A stretch of 64,000 nucleotides of DNA from the NCBI RefSeq assembly GCF_964188315.1, contig NC_135656.1:81406001-81470000 (forward strand), in the 5' to 3' direction. This document shows, one piece after another, positions 1 to 12,909 of this stretch (the stretch's first letter is position 1; each line of letters begins with the position of its first letter). The notes under the pieces were generated by a model, which had not been told where the DNA came from, searched no databases, and was given only the letters and a program-made list of their open reading frames with translations. This stretch comes from Podarcis muralis. Its lineage: Eukaryota. A program made the translations under genes and the position numbers.

Positions 1-533
1 GTGCCTGGTTGGTTCTGCCAGGAAGCAGAATGCCAGTTTTAAATGCATTTGTTGTATTTGTGTTTTAAACTGTTTTTAATTATCTTATTAAGGTGCAAAT
101 CACCTTAAGATGGTGGTTAAAAGACGATTAATAAATTATTATTATTAATAATAATTCTGTTGCATGCAGCTATATCTTGGCATGATTGTCCTGCAGAACT
201 GGGCAGTAAAGGGGCGCAGCAATTATAAGCTCAGAAGTTTGGGTAAAATGGAAGGGGGATGTAAAAAATGCTTTTCCTTCAAGTAACCACAGGGGTCCAG
301 TAATGGGGATGGAGGGGGTAAAGTACTTGTTTGAGGAGGCGACAAATGTATGCCTGCCCCCGCTCCCCCAGTACTGCCTATGTTACAGTATTTGTAATAC
401 AACTGATTTTTCCTCCCCCCCCAAGCTTTCCTTTCCACCATCACTACAAATACCTGGGTATATGTCAATGCATGTCACACACTTCCTCCAACCCCCGAGT
501 AGCCCTAGCCTAAAGCAAAGAATCAGCCCTTTG

Positions 534-651
534 GGTTGTATCCAATGCTAGTCCTACTCAAAGTAAACTTATTGCAATTAATGGTCATGATTAACTTCCA
601 GTCCATTGATTTAAATGGATCTATTCTGAAGAAGACTCAGCTGAATACATT
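534..651. mobile_element. ~120-bp palindromic MITE-like element (GGTTGTATCCAA-type ends)
   Basis: Imperfect palindrome ggttgtatccaatgctagtcctactc...ctgaatacattc; related copies at 657, 14960, 42487 and 52945. Confidence 0.65.
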
Positions 652-656
652 CGTTT

Positions 657-1020
657 GAGTTGTATCCAACAAAATCCTACCCAGAGTAGATCCACTGAAA
701 TTAATGACCGTAAGTTAGTCATGTCCATCAAATTCAATGAGTCTAGCATTGGATAGAAGAAGAAGAAGAAGAGTTTGGATTTGATATCCCGCTTTATCAC
801 TACCCGAAGGAGTCTCAAAGCGGCTAACAATATCCTTTCCCTTCCTCCTCCACAACAAACACTCTGGGAGGTGAGTGGGGCTGAGAGACTTCAAAGAAGT
901 GTGACTGGCCCAAGGTCACCCAGCAGCTGCAGGTGGCGGAGCAGAGACGCGAACCTGGTTCCCCAGTTTACGAGACTACCGCTCTTAACCACTACACCAC
1001 ACTGGCTCTCAAATAGAACC
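657..1020. mobile_element. Second palindromic MITE copy, right end split by a SINE insertion
   Basis: gagttgtatccaac...ttggatag at 657-756; the end resumes as atagaacc (1013-1020) after the SINE. Confidence 0.55.
756..1009 (-). mobile_element. Squam3-type (Ther1/MIR-derived) tRNA-head SINE
   Basis: Minus strand begins agagccagtgtggtgtagtggttaagagc (A-box-like); core gctgggtgaccttgggccagtcac; L2-like tail ending in (TTC)n; atagaa duplicated at 753-758 and 1013-1018. Confidence 0.85.
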
Positions 1021-3366
1021 GTTTGGGCCAATTCACTTTACTGGCTCTGCCAGCGGAAGCCCATAGAAGGACTTATGCTAGCACAATGGGGCTTTCTTCT
1101 TCCCCTGTGTGCTGCTACTCCCCACAAACTGGCTCTGTGGAGGAGGGGTAGGGGAATTCTTCGCGGTGTAGCATAAACTGGTCAGCAAGATAAGCCCAGT
1201 GAAGGTGAGTAGCGAAGAGATTCCTTCCTTATGCTCTAGGACAGGCAGAATCTACACGTCTAGTGAAGTTTCCCCTTCCTTTAAGGTACGATGACGAATA
1301 AATGTCAAAGCTGGTGAAAAGGACCAGAGTCACGAAAAGTCCAGCAAATTTGCTTGCTTGTGAAATAAAAAAATCTAAACTAAAATTAAAGCTTGGATAC
1401 AAATCTAAACGGACTGTAGCTCAAGAGATAGACATGATTTCAAAGGAGGCGAATTAGGAATACTTGGATTGTGAGGTAATATATCAGAGGTTACAGTACT
1501 TAAGTTATCGTTTGCGGTGAATCCAGAGAAACTCCTCGGATCAAATGTCTCCAGCTAATATATTCAGTGGGTTTGTCAAGGTTTCCTTGTCTCCACAGGC
1601 TTTTGAAGGCAGGATTTCTACCTTCGCAGGAGATGAAGAGTGACAGGGGAAAGGGGAGGAGGAGAGGCCACAGAGAATCAGGGAGGATTACATTTAATGC
1701 TGGTTAAGTGAATAACGGTAACCTGCTCAGTGAAATGTATTCGCTTACAGAAATGTGCCTCTCCTTATTATGTGTGCTCCTGGGCTGAAAAGCCTTTAAG
1801 GCAAGGTAATTTTCAACAATTCAAAACTCCTATTGATCACTAACACAACTCTTTGAAGGAACACATGCCTCACACCAGTTGTGAACAGAAACTGCTGTGA
1901 AAGCAGGCAGAATATTCCACACAGCTGATAAAATAATAGCTGGCCGGTAGTGCCAAGGAAAGAGAGGATTATTCCCCTCCCAAGAATTGTCGCGCTACCC
2001 ACTGATCATTTACCCCATTCATTTCTATGTCCCTGGTTTCAGTTTATATGCAGCTATTAAAAAAAAAAAAAAGGCACCTTCCATTTCGTATGAATAGAAT
2101 GAAGGCCTTGCCTGCCCTCAAAATTTACAGTGGTTTGTCAGTGCCAAGATGGTGTAAACTCACTGCAGCAAAAACATCTGGAACCAGTATGCAATTTTTT
2201 TACTGGGAGGATTGGGCAAAGAAAAATCGCACGCAGTTGGGGCACACTTTGTACGATCGTGTGGATAAACTCTATGTAGAATTATATTTCACACCAGGTT
2301 TCCAAATTATTGTTTTTGGAGCACGGAGCTCATATTTCAGAAATACGTTGGGGCACAGTTCATTCACTCATTATTTTTCTCTGATTAATTTACATGAGGA
2401 AGAGCTGAGCACACATGGTTGCCAACTCTTCAACATGCCTGTGTAATCGTGCCTTTAACAGCAGCAGATTATAATGCTGATTTCCAGGACATGAACAATT
2501 TCACCTTCTAATTCCTGTAGATAATATTTGTAGGAAAGGCGCAACTACAGAGGGTGATTTAAACATTGGCAACCCTGTAAGCCCATGTTTAACTCCCCCA
2601 CTAAAATCAAACGGATTTAGAAGTGCTTAATTTGGCTGGATTGCACCCTTGATCTTAAATACTTAGACACAGAGCCACAATGAACAGAGCTCTGTTTGAA
2701 ATTGTTTAGTGCATTTGAATGTGGAGGTTTCCAGCTGTACACTGGTGAACCACAAGACTAGTGGGGATTAGAGCTGAGCACAGTTTTTAGCTTTAATTTT
2801 GCATCCATTCAAGAAGCTTCAAAAATGTGTCAAGACGCTTAGAGAATTTATGGCTGTCCTTTTCTTTGTCACAAAGTTTGCCCTCCAAACCAGTGTTCTT
2901 CCTTCCTCTTCAAGGGTGACACAGATGTATTGTACAAACATTTGCTTTTGATCTCTGGTCCATTAGTTAATATTTCTGAATAGGGAAACAATGAGGCTGA
3001 CCCACCCTTTCCCATTTTTAAAATATGGTTGACATTTCAGAGTCATTAATCCCATATGTATAGAAGGGTTGAATGAACAGATTATGAAACAATGAGAAGT
3101 GGCCTACAGCTCCCTTTTTAAAAATTCCAGTCTTTGTCTTATTATTATAATTATTATTTCTAAAAAAAACCCCACATGAACATTCTCAATGGTTCCCTGT
3201 TCCAGGACCTCTGAATAAACCTTTGGTGTAATTAACTATTCTTCTACTTCTCGTGAATAGCATTGGTCAATACAAGCAATTGTCTTTCTGCCACAACTCT
3301 TTTCCTTATAAATGGGACACAGGCTGCAACAAATTTGTTCAAGAGTTAGTCTACATTTTCTATGTG

Positions 3367-3367
<1 letters not shown>

Positions 3368-3422
<55 letters not shown>

Positions 3423-3768
3423 TTTATTTATTTATACCCCGCCCATCTGGCTGAGTTTCCCCAGCCACTCTGGGTGGCTTCCAATCAAGTGTTAAAAACA
3501 ACACAGCATTAAATATCAAAAACTTCCCTAAACAGGGCTGCCTTCAGGTGTCTTTTAAAGAGAAGATAGCTGCTTATTTCCTTCACATCTGAAGGGAGGG
3601 TGTTCCACAGGGCGGGCGCCACTATCGAGAAGGCCCTCTGTCTGGTTCCCTGTAACTTGGCTTCTCGCAATGAGGGAACTGCCGGAAGGCCCTCGGTGCT
3701 GGATCTCAGTGTCCAGGCTGAACGATGGGGGTGGAGATCCTCCTTCAGGTATACAGGACCTAGGCCGT
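3368..3768 (-). mobile_element. L2 LINE 3' fragment with (ATT)n tail
   Basis: Minus ORF 3509-3805 reads LRSSTEGLPAVP..QRAFSIVAPALWNTLP..LKAALF, typical of the L2 ORF2 C-terminus; (AAT)n at 3368-3420. Confidence 0.9.
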
Positions 3769-3925
3769 TTATACCCCGCCCATCTGGCTGGGTTTCACCA
3801 GCCACTCTGGGCGGCTTCCAACAAAATATTAAAATACAGTGGTCTGTTAAACATTAAAAGCTTCCCTAAACAGGGCTGCCTTCAGATGTCTTCTAAAAGT
3901 CTGGTAGTTGTTCTTCTCTTCATTA
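3769..3925 (-). mobile_element. Second short L2 3' fragment abutting the first
   Basis: tttataccccgcccatctggctg...cttccctaaacagggctgccttcag repeats the sequence at 3430-3547. Confidence 0.85.
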
Positions 3926-4286
3926 AAGGTAAAGGTAAAGGTACCCCTGCCCGTACGGGCCAGTCTTGCCAGACTCTAGGGTTGTGCGCTCATCTCACTC
4001 TATAGGCCGGGAGCCAGCGCTGTCCGCAGACACTTCCGGGTCACGTGGCCAGCGTGACAAGCTGCATCTGGCGAGCCAGCGCAGCACACGGAACGCCGTT
4101 TACCTTCCCGCTAGTAAGCGGTCCCTATTTATCTACTTGCACCCAGGGGTGCTTTCGAACTGCTAGGTTGGCAGGCGCTAGGACCGAACGACGGGAGCGC
4201 ACCCCGCCGCGGGGATTCGAACCGCCGACCATGCGATCGGCAAGCCCTAGGCGCTGAGGATTTACCCACAGCGCCACCCGCGTCCC
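3926..4286 (-). mobile_element. Full-length Sauria SINE
   Basis: (ACCTTT)n tail, B-box ggttcgaatccc, 5' gggacgcgggtggcgctgtgg; 17-bp TSD tg(t/c)tcttctcttcatta at 3909-3925 and 4287-4303; CpGs retained. Confidence 0.95.
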
Positions 4287-5029
4287 TGCTCTTCTCTTCA
4301 TTAGACACTAATAAATCTAGTTATAGATTCCCACCAATGTGGTATCCCAATGGGGGTGATTCTAGGAAATATTAGGACTGCATTTAGTGTTACTGGGGAG
4401 ATCAGCCTTCTGAAGTCTGCCCTAGCAACTTGTCTCCATGTTGCCTGTGAGTGGTATATCAAGCAGAGACTTGAGCGCTAAGGAGAAGCTGCCCTGTGAC
4501 AGGCTGATAATACTGTTTGGTGCTATAGAAATCCCCATGCAAATAAACTTGTAGTCCTCCTTTAGTATGTACGCTGAGAGGTACCTCAGGAACATGGTTT
4601 TCTCTTTCTGCCTGACCTCTAACTCAACCAAGCTATCCCAAGCACATCCTGATTTAACCTACTTCTGATCAACATTTCCACATGGAACTTTATTTGCACA
4701 TTGTATGTTTTCGCAGTCATTACCCATGGAGCGAAAGAGATCCCAAAGGTACACAGCTCTATAAAGCCAGCCAGCCTGGAGACTGGCATCTCCCCTCCAC
4801 CAGAGAAGACTGTGGAGAGTGCTGTAGGGAACAGGACCCTGGGTGGGCAGGTAGCATTGGGAACACCTGCTGCCCCAGCTGGGCATGCACCAGCTGCTGG
4901 GGCAGCTCTATAAAGTCACCACCGATGGGGCCACCACCGATGGGACAACATCAAAGAGAACCGTCCTTTCAGGGGCAGCACTTTGGGATGGAATGAGAGT
5001 GTGGGCCAGCCAACCTTGTGGTAAAACAT

Positions 5030-5420
5030 AATGTTACATGTTGTGTGCTCCTTTTACATGGTTATGTATGTATTGTGGTATTTTATGCATTGTGACTTGC
5101 TGTTATTTTTATTGATTATAGTTTAGTAATTATTTGATATAATGGTTAAGAGTGAATTTCTGTTTATTATTTGCTGATATTTAATTCTATTGTGTACTAT
5201 TATAATCTAAAGGGTTATTGATTATTTCATTTTATATAAGTTGCTTATTTTAAAGTTATGCTTTTATTATGAATTTTTGTATTGGATCAGATTGTTATAA
5301 GGTGTGTGGTCCTTTTTGTATAAGTTGTTGTTTCTTCAGCTTGTAAACCACCTTGTGTATCGTAACATAGAAATGTGATATACAACTTAAAAGCTAAATG
5401 AAAAAATGAAGTAAACAAAA
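5030..5420 (+). repeat. AT-rich decayed LINE (L2-like) 3' UTR
   Basis: T-rich tract ending cttgtaaaccaccttgtg...aaatgtgatatac..aaatgaa, resembling L2 3' termini. Confidence 0.4.
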
Positions 5421-5428
5421 TACACATA

Positions 5429-6184
5429 CAGTGGTACCTTGATTTAAGACTGTAATCCGTTCCGGAAGTCCGGACTTAAAACAAGGTATGGTTTCCCATA
5501 GAAAGTAACTGAAAATGGATTGATCCATTTTAGACAATGAAAAACACCCCCTAAAACAGAAATTTAACACAAATTTTACTGTCTAACAAGACCATTGATC
5601 CATAAAATGAAGGCAATAATCAATGTACTGTACGATAAAAAAAAAGACAGTATTGTAGATGAAAAAAAATTACATTTATTTTTTTTCTTATGTGCACTGA
5701 TGATAGTCATTGTTTGGATGGGGGGGGCGGGTATCCATTTCTGCAGTCACACAATCAACCAGTAGCTGAACTGGGTTCCGCACAGTCACAAAAGCAAGTC
5801 ACAAAAACGAAGTCACAAGCCACAGTCACAGGTCTGTCCCATAAAATGAAGTCACAGTCAAAAAACCAAAAAAGCCACACAAACCAAAACGCAAGAAAAT
5901 AGCAAAAACAAAACCTCCAAATATCACTTTTGTGTTGCATGGGTGCTTGGGACTCAACAGCTGGCAGACTCAACAGGAAGCCTCTGATTAGCAATGAGGG
6001 ACTCAATTAACAAACGAAACATACTCAGCAGGAACCAGACGATGAAAAGCAACCCCTAAAACAGCAGCTGGGCCCGACTTATATAAAAAAAATGACTCAA
6101 CCCGGATCACTCTTTTTCGGGTTGCAATTGGACTTAGTCCAAAACGGACTTATAATAGACTGGACTTTAGTCAAGGTACCACTG
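5429..6184. mobile_element. Non-autonomous Tc1/mariner (Tigger-like) MITE, 756 bp
   Basis: TIRs cagtggtaccttga / tcaaggtaccactg flanked by TA; no transposase ORF. Confidence 0.9.
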
Positions 6185-9100
6185 TACTTAGATGCAACTG
6201 GTATTCTATGAAACTTTGTTCCCTAGAAAACCCTCAAGTGATAGAACTTAAGAGGTCCTAAGATGCATGGATGGGGAACAGGATCCAGATGGAAGGCCAG
6301 AGCTTCATGTCTGCCATTTTGACCTAGGGTGGCATCACCCATCTGTCAATCCTCTGACATCACAACTACATCAGATGACACAAAAGCACTTTTTTCTTTG
6401 TGTGTATAGCTTGTGCTATGCTTGTAGAAAAGTTTCCTTGACATTGCCAGCTTGAATTCAAGCCACAGGTAAAATCAGGAGCTCATACAGAGTATACTTC
6501 CAATTCGTTTTTCCTGTAGCTACAGTTTGAGGTTTCCTGCACCTGACGTAATATATGGCACCAAGCTGAGGAAAGTTGGACATGGTTTGTTAGACTGGAT
6601 TAAGCAGCTTAGTACTCCTTCCTGCCTCCTCTCCTCGGTGTTCTCTGACTCACTTCCATCTCCATCATTTTTATTAAGTAGGAGAGGTGCACCATACATG
6701 CATCTCCCTTCATTGCAAGAATAGTTCTGTACAATATGGGGCTCTAGGAAGCTCTCAGGGGCACAGCCTGTGCTTGGTCTCCTATAGCTGCTTTTTCTCC
6801 GAATGTTTCTGAACAAGAGGCATCTTGTTGTCCAAGAACCTGGATGGGTTGGGCAAGACACAAAGTTGCAAGTCATGGTGTGTTTGCAGGAGAGTCAGAA
6901 GAAAAGGGCAGGGGAAAATTGGGATAATCCCAGCTGACATGTCATGGTTAAAACGTTAGAAAATTGGCAGGATGCGCCATTCCACCTAACAATCACTCAT
7001 AAAGCACACAACTTCCCTGACACAAGCAAATTCATAAATATGTGGGAAACTAGCATTCATTTTGCCTCTTGGCCCAGTCAAGTTTCACACGAAGGTGGAT
7101 AGGTTAGTAATGCCCTCTGCTCCCTTGGGAAATCTGCCTCATAACCCAAGCATGCTTTTCTATAAAAGCCAATGCATATAGGCTTGTACTTTTGATCTTT
7201 GCCTCCTTTGGCATGGTAGAAAGAATTCAGGAGGTGCAGTTTTGCTGCTCCAAGCTCAGATCAGTGGCAGAACAGATGGTTTGGTATGGTAGCATTCAAA
7301 AGATTATCCATATGAAATAATATTAAAGAAAAAAGGCTGCAGCATGCTGTAATTTTTCTTTTTCTAAGGAGCTAACCCCTTTTATACCACTTATAATGCT
7401 AGCAAAACAGAGTGTTTCTATTCACCTTTTCTTCTTTGTTTGTCTGTTGAAAATCAACACTGCTTTTATCGAGCTTTTTCAGAACCACCACTAAAAATTA
7501 TATTTTTGGATTCAAACAAAACTCTCTCTCTTTTGTCCTCATATGGCTAATAATAAAGACTTGAGGTAAATCTCCCTACAGCTGCTTTCAGTTCATTTTA
7601 AGTCAATGAAACCTATATAATCCTGTAATACAGTCAATTGTTTCTTTTCTACTAGGCCTGTAGGGCTGCAGGCTTAGAAAGAGAAGAATTACTGTTTTCC
7701 TTTTAAGCACCTATTAATATTTTGCCCCTCCAGCATTTCATTTTTTCCTCTCTCTCCTTTGAAGGCTTTCCCCTCCTGCTACATTAATGTTTAACAATTA
7801 AATCAAGCTGAAAGAGATTTGGGGCCATCTAGACAATTACTTATTGGGTAGAAGAACAGGCCTTTAATGTAAATGGGAAACATCTCTGCAATGATGGTAT
7901 GAGACCCCACAACTAATTACATAATGTTCTGCATCTGAGAAAACACAGATGAGAGAATGCAAATAGAGGCACTTGTAATATCAGGAAGAAAAGCTGGAAT
8001 TGTAATAGCAACCTATTATCCGTGAAACTAGAGTAACTTGTAGGATACCGGGCTTTTTGCTACCAGATATTTCTGGTGGGGGGAGGGGAGTTTGCAAAGA
8101 AAAAGGAGGATGATAGAAATAAACAAGTGTACCTGTGCCATATTCCCTTGTATTCTCAGAAGACTGACCCTAAGGTGGAGAGAAGTGGCAGCTGTGTGCC
8201 TCAAATTCTTGTGCAAAGACTTTGTCCCCACCCCACCTGGACTCAGATTCTACCATGATCGTCTCTTTCATTGATACACATAGACCACCCACCTCTCTCT
8301 CTGTCTCTTAGACTTACACACACCACATCACACATCTAGACTCTTCTCCTCCTCCCTCTTTTTCACGTAAGCATAGCCATCCCTCTCAACCCAGAGTTAT
8401 CACTCTCCCACCCTGAATACCTAATTCATTCTCTACCTAATCTTCCTGTCCTTAATTCTCTCACACACATTCACACACTCCTACACCCTACTGCGCAGAC
8501 AACGGTATTCCCTACTCTCAGTTGCTCCCTTCTAATACCTCACCCAGCTCCCTCATCCTGACGCAATCTACTCCAACATATGGTCTCATGCTGTGATTTT
8601 GGCATTTCTCTATTTCTCTCAAGACTCAGGTTTCACCTTTCCCTCTCTGTTATCTAACCACTCCTGCCCCCTGGGACTAGTTGCCAAAGATTTCACATGG
8701 CTAGCCTATTCTGCGGATAGAATGGAACCAGGAGCACACATGCGCACACAAACACAGTATTCTGGTCAACGACAGCAAAGTCTGGTTTCATCACTCTCAT
8801 TGACCCTAAAAGACTGCATTTATACAGAATTATATTTGACAAATTTTCCTAGTGGTTATTGAAGTCAATGCGAAATTTTAGCAAAGTTTTTGTTAAAAAT
8901 ATTTTATTGAAAGATCTGGAGTTTTACAGTTCATTTGGAGGTTGTGAAATTTAAAATGTGAATATTTCTGTACACCTTTCATTAATTATAAACATTTAAT
9001 TACATTGTCACTAGCATCCTCATCACACATTTATATGTATGTTCCATTGGCAGAGCTCTTAGTTTAGCAGAATGCTAAATAGTTCCATATAATAGTTAAC

Positions 9101-10424
9101 TTTGTCTTGATGTGTTAGCTCTTAAGTTGACGGAACCTCATATTGCCTCTGAAGTGAATCCTGGAACTAAATTGTAAAAATCTGAAAATGACGTGTGCAT
9201 AAACCAAATATGCCTTTGGACAGGGCCCCATCACTGTCTACATTTGCTACAACATGTTCCACTGTGCAGAAAGGTTCACCATAATTAATGGCGCTGGATG
9301 GTTCACAGCCTAGCACATTTATAGCTTTTCAACACACACACACATGCAGCACACCACAAAAGATGATGCAGATGGCTCCCACTGGTGTTCTTGCAATGAA
9401 GAAACAGTGAAACAGTTAAGGGAAATGTGGTTCTTTGCCAGTTTGGCTCCAAATGTTACCTATAATGTTTCTACAAGTGGACATCTTTCATTCTTAAAGA
9501 ATCAACCTCTGACTAGTCCTGCTAACTCTGCCATTCTGAAATTATCTTCTTTTAAATTCTCTATACTCCCCCCCCCCGCCCCGGTTCAGCCTCTCCTTGA
9601 TGCCAGAATATTCTTAGCAAAGTTCCTCTAAGCAGATTCCAAACCTGTGACATTTCCCTAAGCACTTCAGCTATATCTTTAATCATTTCTTGTAACTAGG
9701 CAAGTCAAGAAATTCCAGCAACTTTGGTTTTTGAAGTGTTATAGCTCTGACTAGCAGAACAGAATAAAAGGGTACAAATATATGAAGGAAATATTCAAAA
9801 CAAAGTTATACTTTGCCAGACAGCAGAGATTAACTCGAACTTAGGGACAGATTATTGTATGTGGGGGAAATCATTTTGTTTTTGAATGTCACTGAGCTAT
9901 TCCATAGTTTTAGTTGGAAAACAACACCCCAGTGCTATATAATCTCAGTCTCACTGCAACGAAAAATCTTTTTGGCTTGAAATTTGAATTCCATCATCTT
10001 TTTCTTTTTAAAAAAAGCAAACTGGAAGATGACAAACAGACTACTATACTGTAGGTATTCGGCCAAACAAAAACCATTATGACACTCCCAGGAATTAAAG
10101 CCCCTTGCTGCTGTAACAATAACAGCAGAAAAACATCAGTGACATAAGATGGCTGCACTTTCCAGCTTTTAAATCAAATATATATGCCTGTTTGTTACCT
10201 GCAAATTGTCCATCAATGTTGGCTGAGTTACTGTGATGTCAACAGAATGTTCTAATATCACGGAACATATTAACTGCTAGGGAAGAAGGTGTAAACAACA
10301 GGCGGTTGATAAGATGCACAGCTTGTGTGGCAGAGGGTGGAGAAGAAATCTTACACAATGCCTAACAGCAATAAGAACAGTGTGCTATTAAGAAGGAGGG
10401 GAGGGGAAGGAGATAGAAATTGCA

Positions 10425-11102
10425 TGAGACACAGGACATTGGTACTGGGACGAAATAGGTCACGAATTTAATAATTACAGATGTAAACCAGTTTTGGAAA
10501 AGGCCAAATCCACGATTAACCAACCTGCCCGATGGTTAACAATGTATGGGTTGGCCCTGAGACAAGGAAGCCACCCCCCAATATACATTGAGTGTGGCCA
10601 TCTGTCTAGGTCCATCTCTCAAAGGGGAGCTATGACCCATCGGCCCCAGTGTGGGCTCCGGGACAGCACTATCCCTTCATGGGCCTCTTTAATGGGGCAC
10701 TCAGATGTTAAAGATCCAGACCCAATGCCTTAACTGCCAAAGTTGTGACAACTGCTATGAGGCAGGTGAAAACCTGCAGATCGGCTAATTAGTCTGCAGG
10801 GGGGGAACTCCCTGGCCCCAAATATGGTGACCGAGTCTTCCATAGCAAGGTCCTCACTCGTTCCAGCCCCCTCACCTTTGGGTAGGACTGCAACGTTTTG
10901 GGGTAGGAGGGTGGGGAATCCCACAACATCTGGTGAAGGAGAGAAGCCAGAGTCCTGCCATTGCTCCCTTTTAAAGGAAGGAGGTGGGGTTCTACTCATT
11001 TGCAGGCTGGCCTTAGCTCTCCTGATGACTTTCTTAATGGGTCTTCACCCTTCCATTTTGTCCTCTTTTAATGGCACCTCTCTCCAGGCAATTTCCTGAA
11101 CA
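10425..11102 (-). mobile_element. Probable solo LTR
   Basis: TG...CA ends; ATTAAA about 40 bp before the minus-strand 3' end; GC-richer than its flanks; only a weak 4-bp TSD (tgca/tgaa). Confidence 0.55.
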
Positions 11103-12909
11103 TGAAGAAAACTGGTTTGGCCTGTATTATATTATTTGGCTTGCTAAATTTGGTGTCTGGCACTCAGGAGTGAAAAGGGGAGTCCAGGAATTAGAATGGG
11201 AGCCCAAGTACCCCACAAACTCATAACAATACCACTTGCGTCTTGAGAACATGCTTGGGTATGTCCTCCCAGTTGCTGCTGCTTGCATCATATTTAATCT
11301 AGTTCTGGAGGGTTCCCCACCCTAAGAAGTGGCTTTGTTGGGGATACACAAAGGGTGGCTGTTGGAAGAGAGAGCCATCAAGGCTTCCATTTAAACAAAT
11401 GTTTTTTTGCATGATCCTTTGGACTTCTGCCATACATTTCATCTTACCAAATAGTAAGAGTTCAACAAACCGTGAAATTGAGATACCCAGCTCCTTCCTT
11501 AGGTGGATTGAGCTCAATATTCTACAGGAGACATTCAGCCAGCTCGTTGGAAAGATACTCTCAACATTACTCAGTTTTCATCATTAAATAAATACTGGAC
11601 AGAGATAAATGCAACAAAAATACTCCTAAGATGCCATCACAATTAAAACATCAAATTTTGGCTGACTCTGATGAGTGTTGGCAGTTTGGTAGTGGAAAGG
11701 ATGGACTGAGACCCATGATTTGGGACTGACAGATTATAACAGTTTTTGGCAATACATATTTAGATGTTTTAATTTGGTGTTGGGGACCACCTGTTCCTTT
11801 ACAAGCTATTCTAGGCATTCTTCCTAGAATATGGGGTTGGCTTGACAAGCAACAACTTTGGCTTCACCAAGGTTTTCTTGTTGCAAAGGAATTAATATTA
11901 AGATGTTGTAAATCTACATAGCTTCCAAATCGACAAGACATGCCAATCTTATACTTGCCAAGGTAAGTAACACTTGACTTCACTGGGACTTCCTACTGAG
12001 TAAGTGCACATAGAATTGCAGTATGAATCAATAAATGTGCCAGGAATGTGCATATTAGGCTCTTGGGGAAAATCTGAATTATTTGAACAAATTTGTGTTA
12101 TAATACATTAGTAGCCTCCTCGGCTTGTGAACTGTATTGACAGCTAAATTAATAATAATTAGAGGGTAATGATGTGGCAATTAGTTGTTTGGATGTGACA
12201 ATAAGTCATGGTATAGCATGATGGGAACAAACTTAAATGACTCCCCATCTGGTGCAGCCACATGGAGGACTTCAGAAGCTTTAACTTTATTATTATTATT
12301 ATCATTATTATTATTATTATTATCTGTAGCTTGTAATATCATCCAAACTAGTGCTGAAACCTCTCCTCCAAGTTTCTTCTCCTAAAAAAAGGCTCCTGAC
12401 AGGGCACAACAGAATAGCTTTGCAATTGTGGTGGGTGTGGGCTGGAATGTATCATTGTAAAGTGGCTGTGTGTTTTTTTCTTTTCATTAAACATTTATCT
12501 AGTTCTCTGCAGCCCACCAGGCTGCTTGTACCTCCTGATCTGTAAAAGCCCCATGGGAAGAATTACCTCCTGATTTCTTCCCCTGGGATTCGATTAAATT
12601 GTGAGAAGTTGGGAAGACTGACTACTAACCACCTGCGATCAGTGAGTGTGCTGATTTTGTTTTTAAGGGAAGTCCTTACTTTTAACCTTTTCAAAAGATG
12701 TTTCTGCACTAATTTCTTTAAAAGTTAACTTTTTAATTAAAAAACAGGTAACTGCCAGGCACACGGTAGACAGCCCTGTGCCATGCTGTCCGCTGAGCTA
12801 ACAGGAAAGTCCAGCTGATAATGTAATGGGGTTTTCAGGATGCATGGGCACCCAGGAGGGCTGCAGAACGCAGGCCAGTAGAGAAATGATTTGTAAAAAA
12901 CAGGATTGC

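Noticed and set aside
4190-4286. tRNA gene (B-box GGTTCGAATCCC)
   Set aside because: It is the tRNA-derived head of a Sauria SINE and has no complete cloverleaf.
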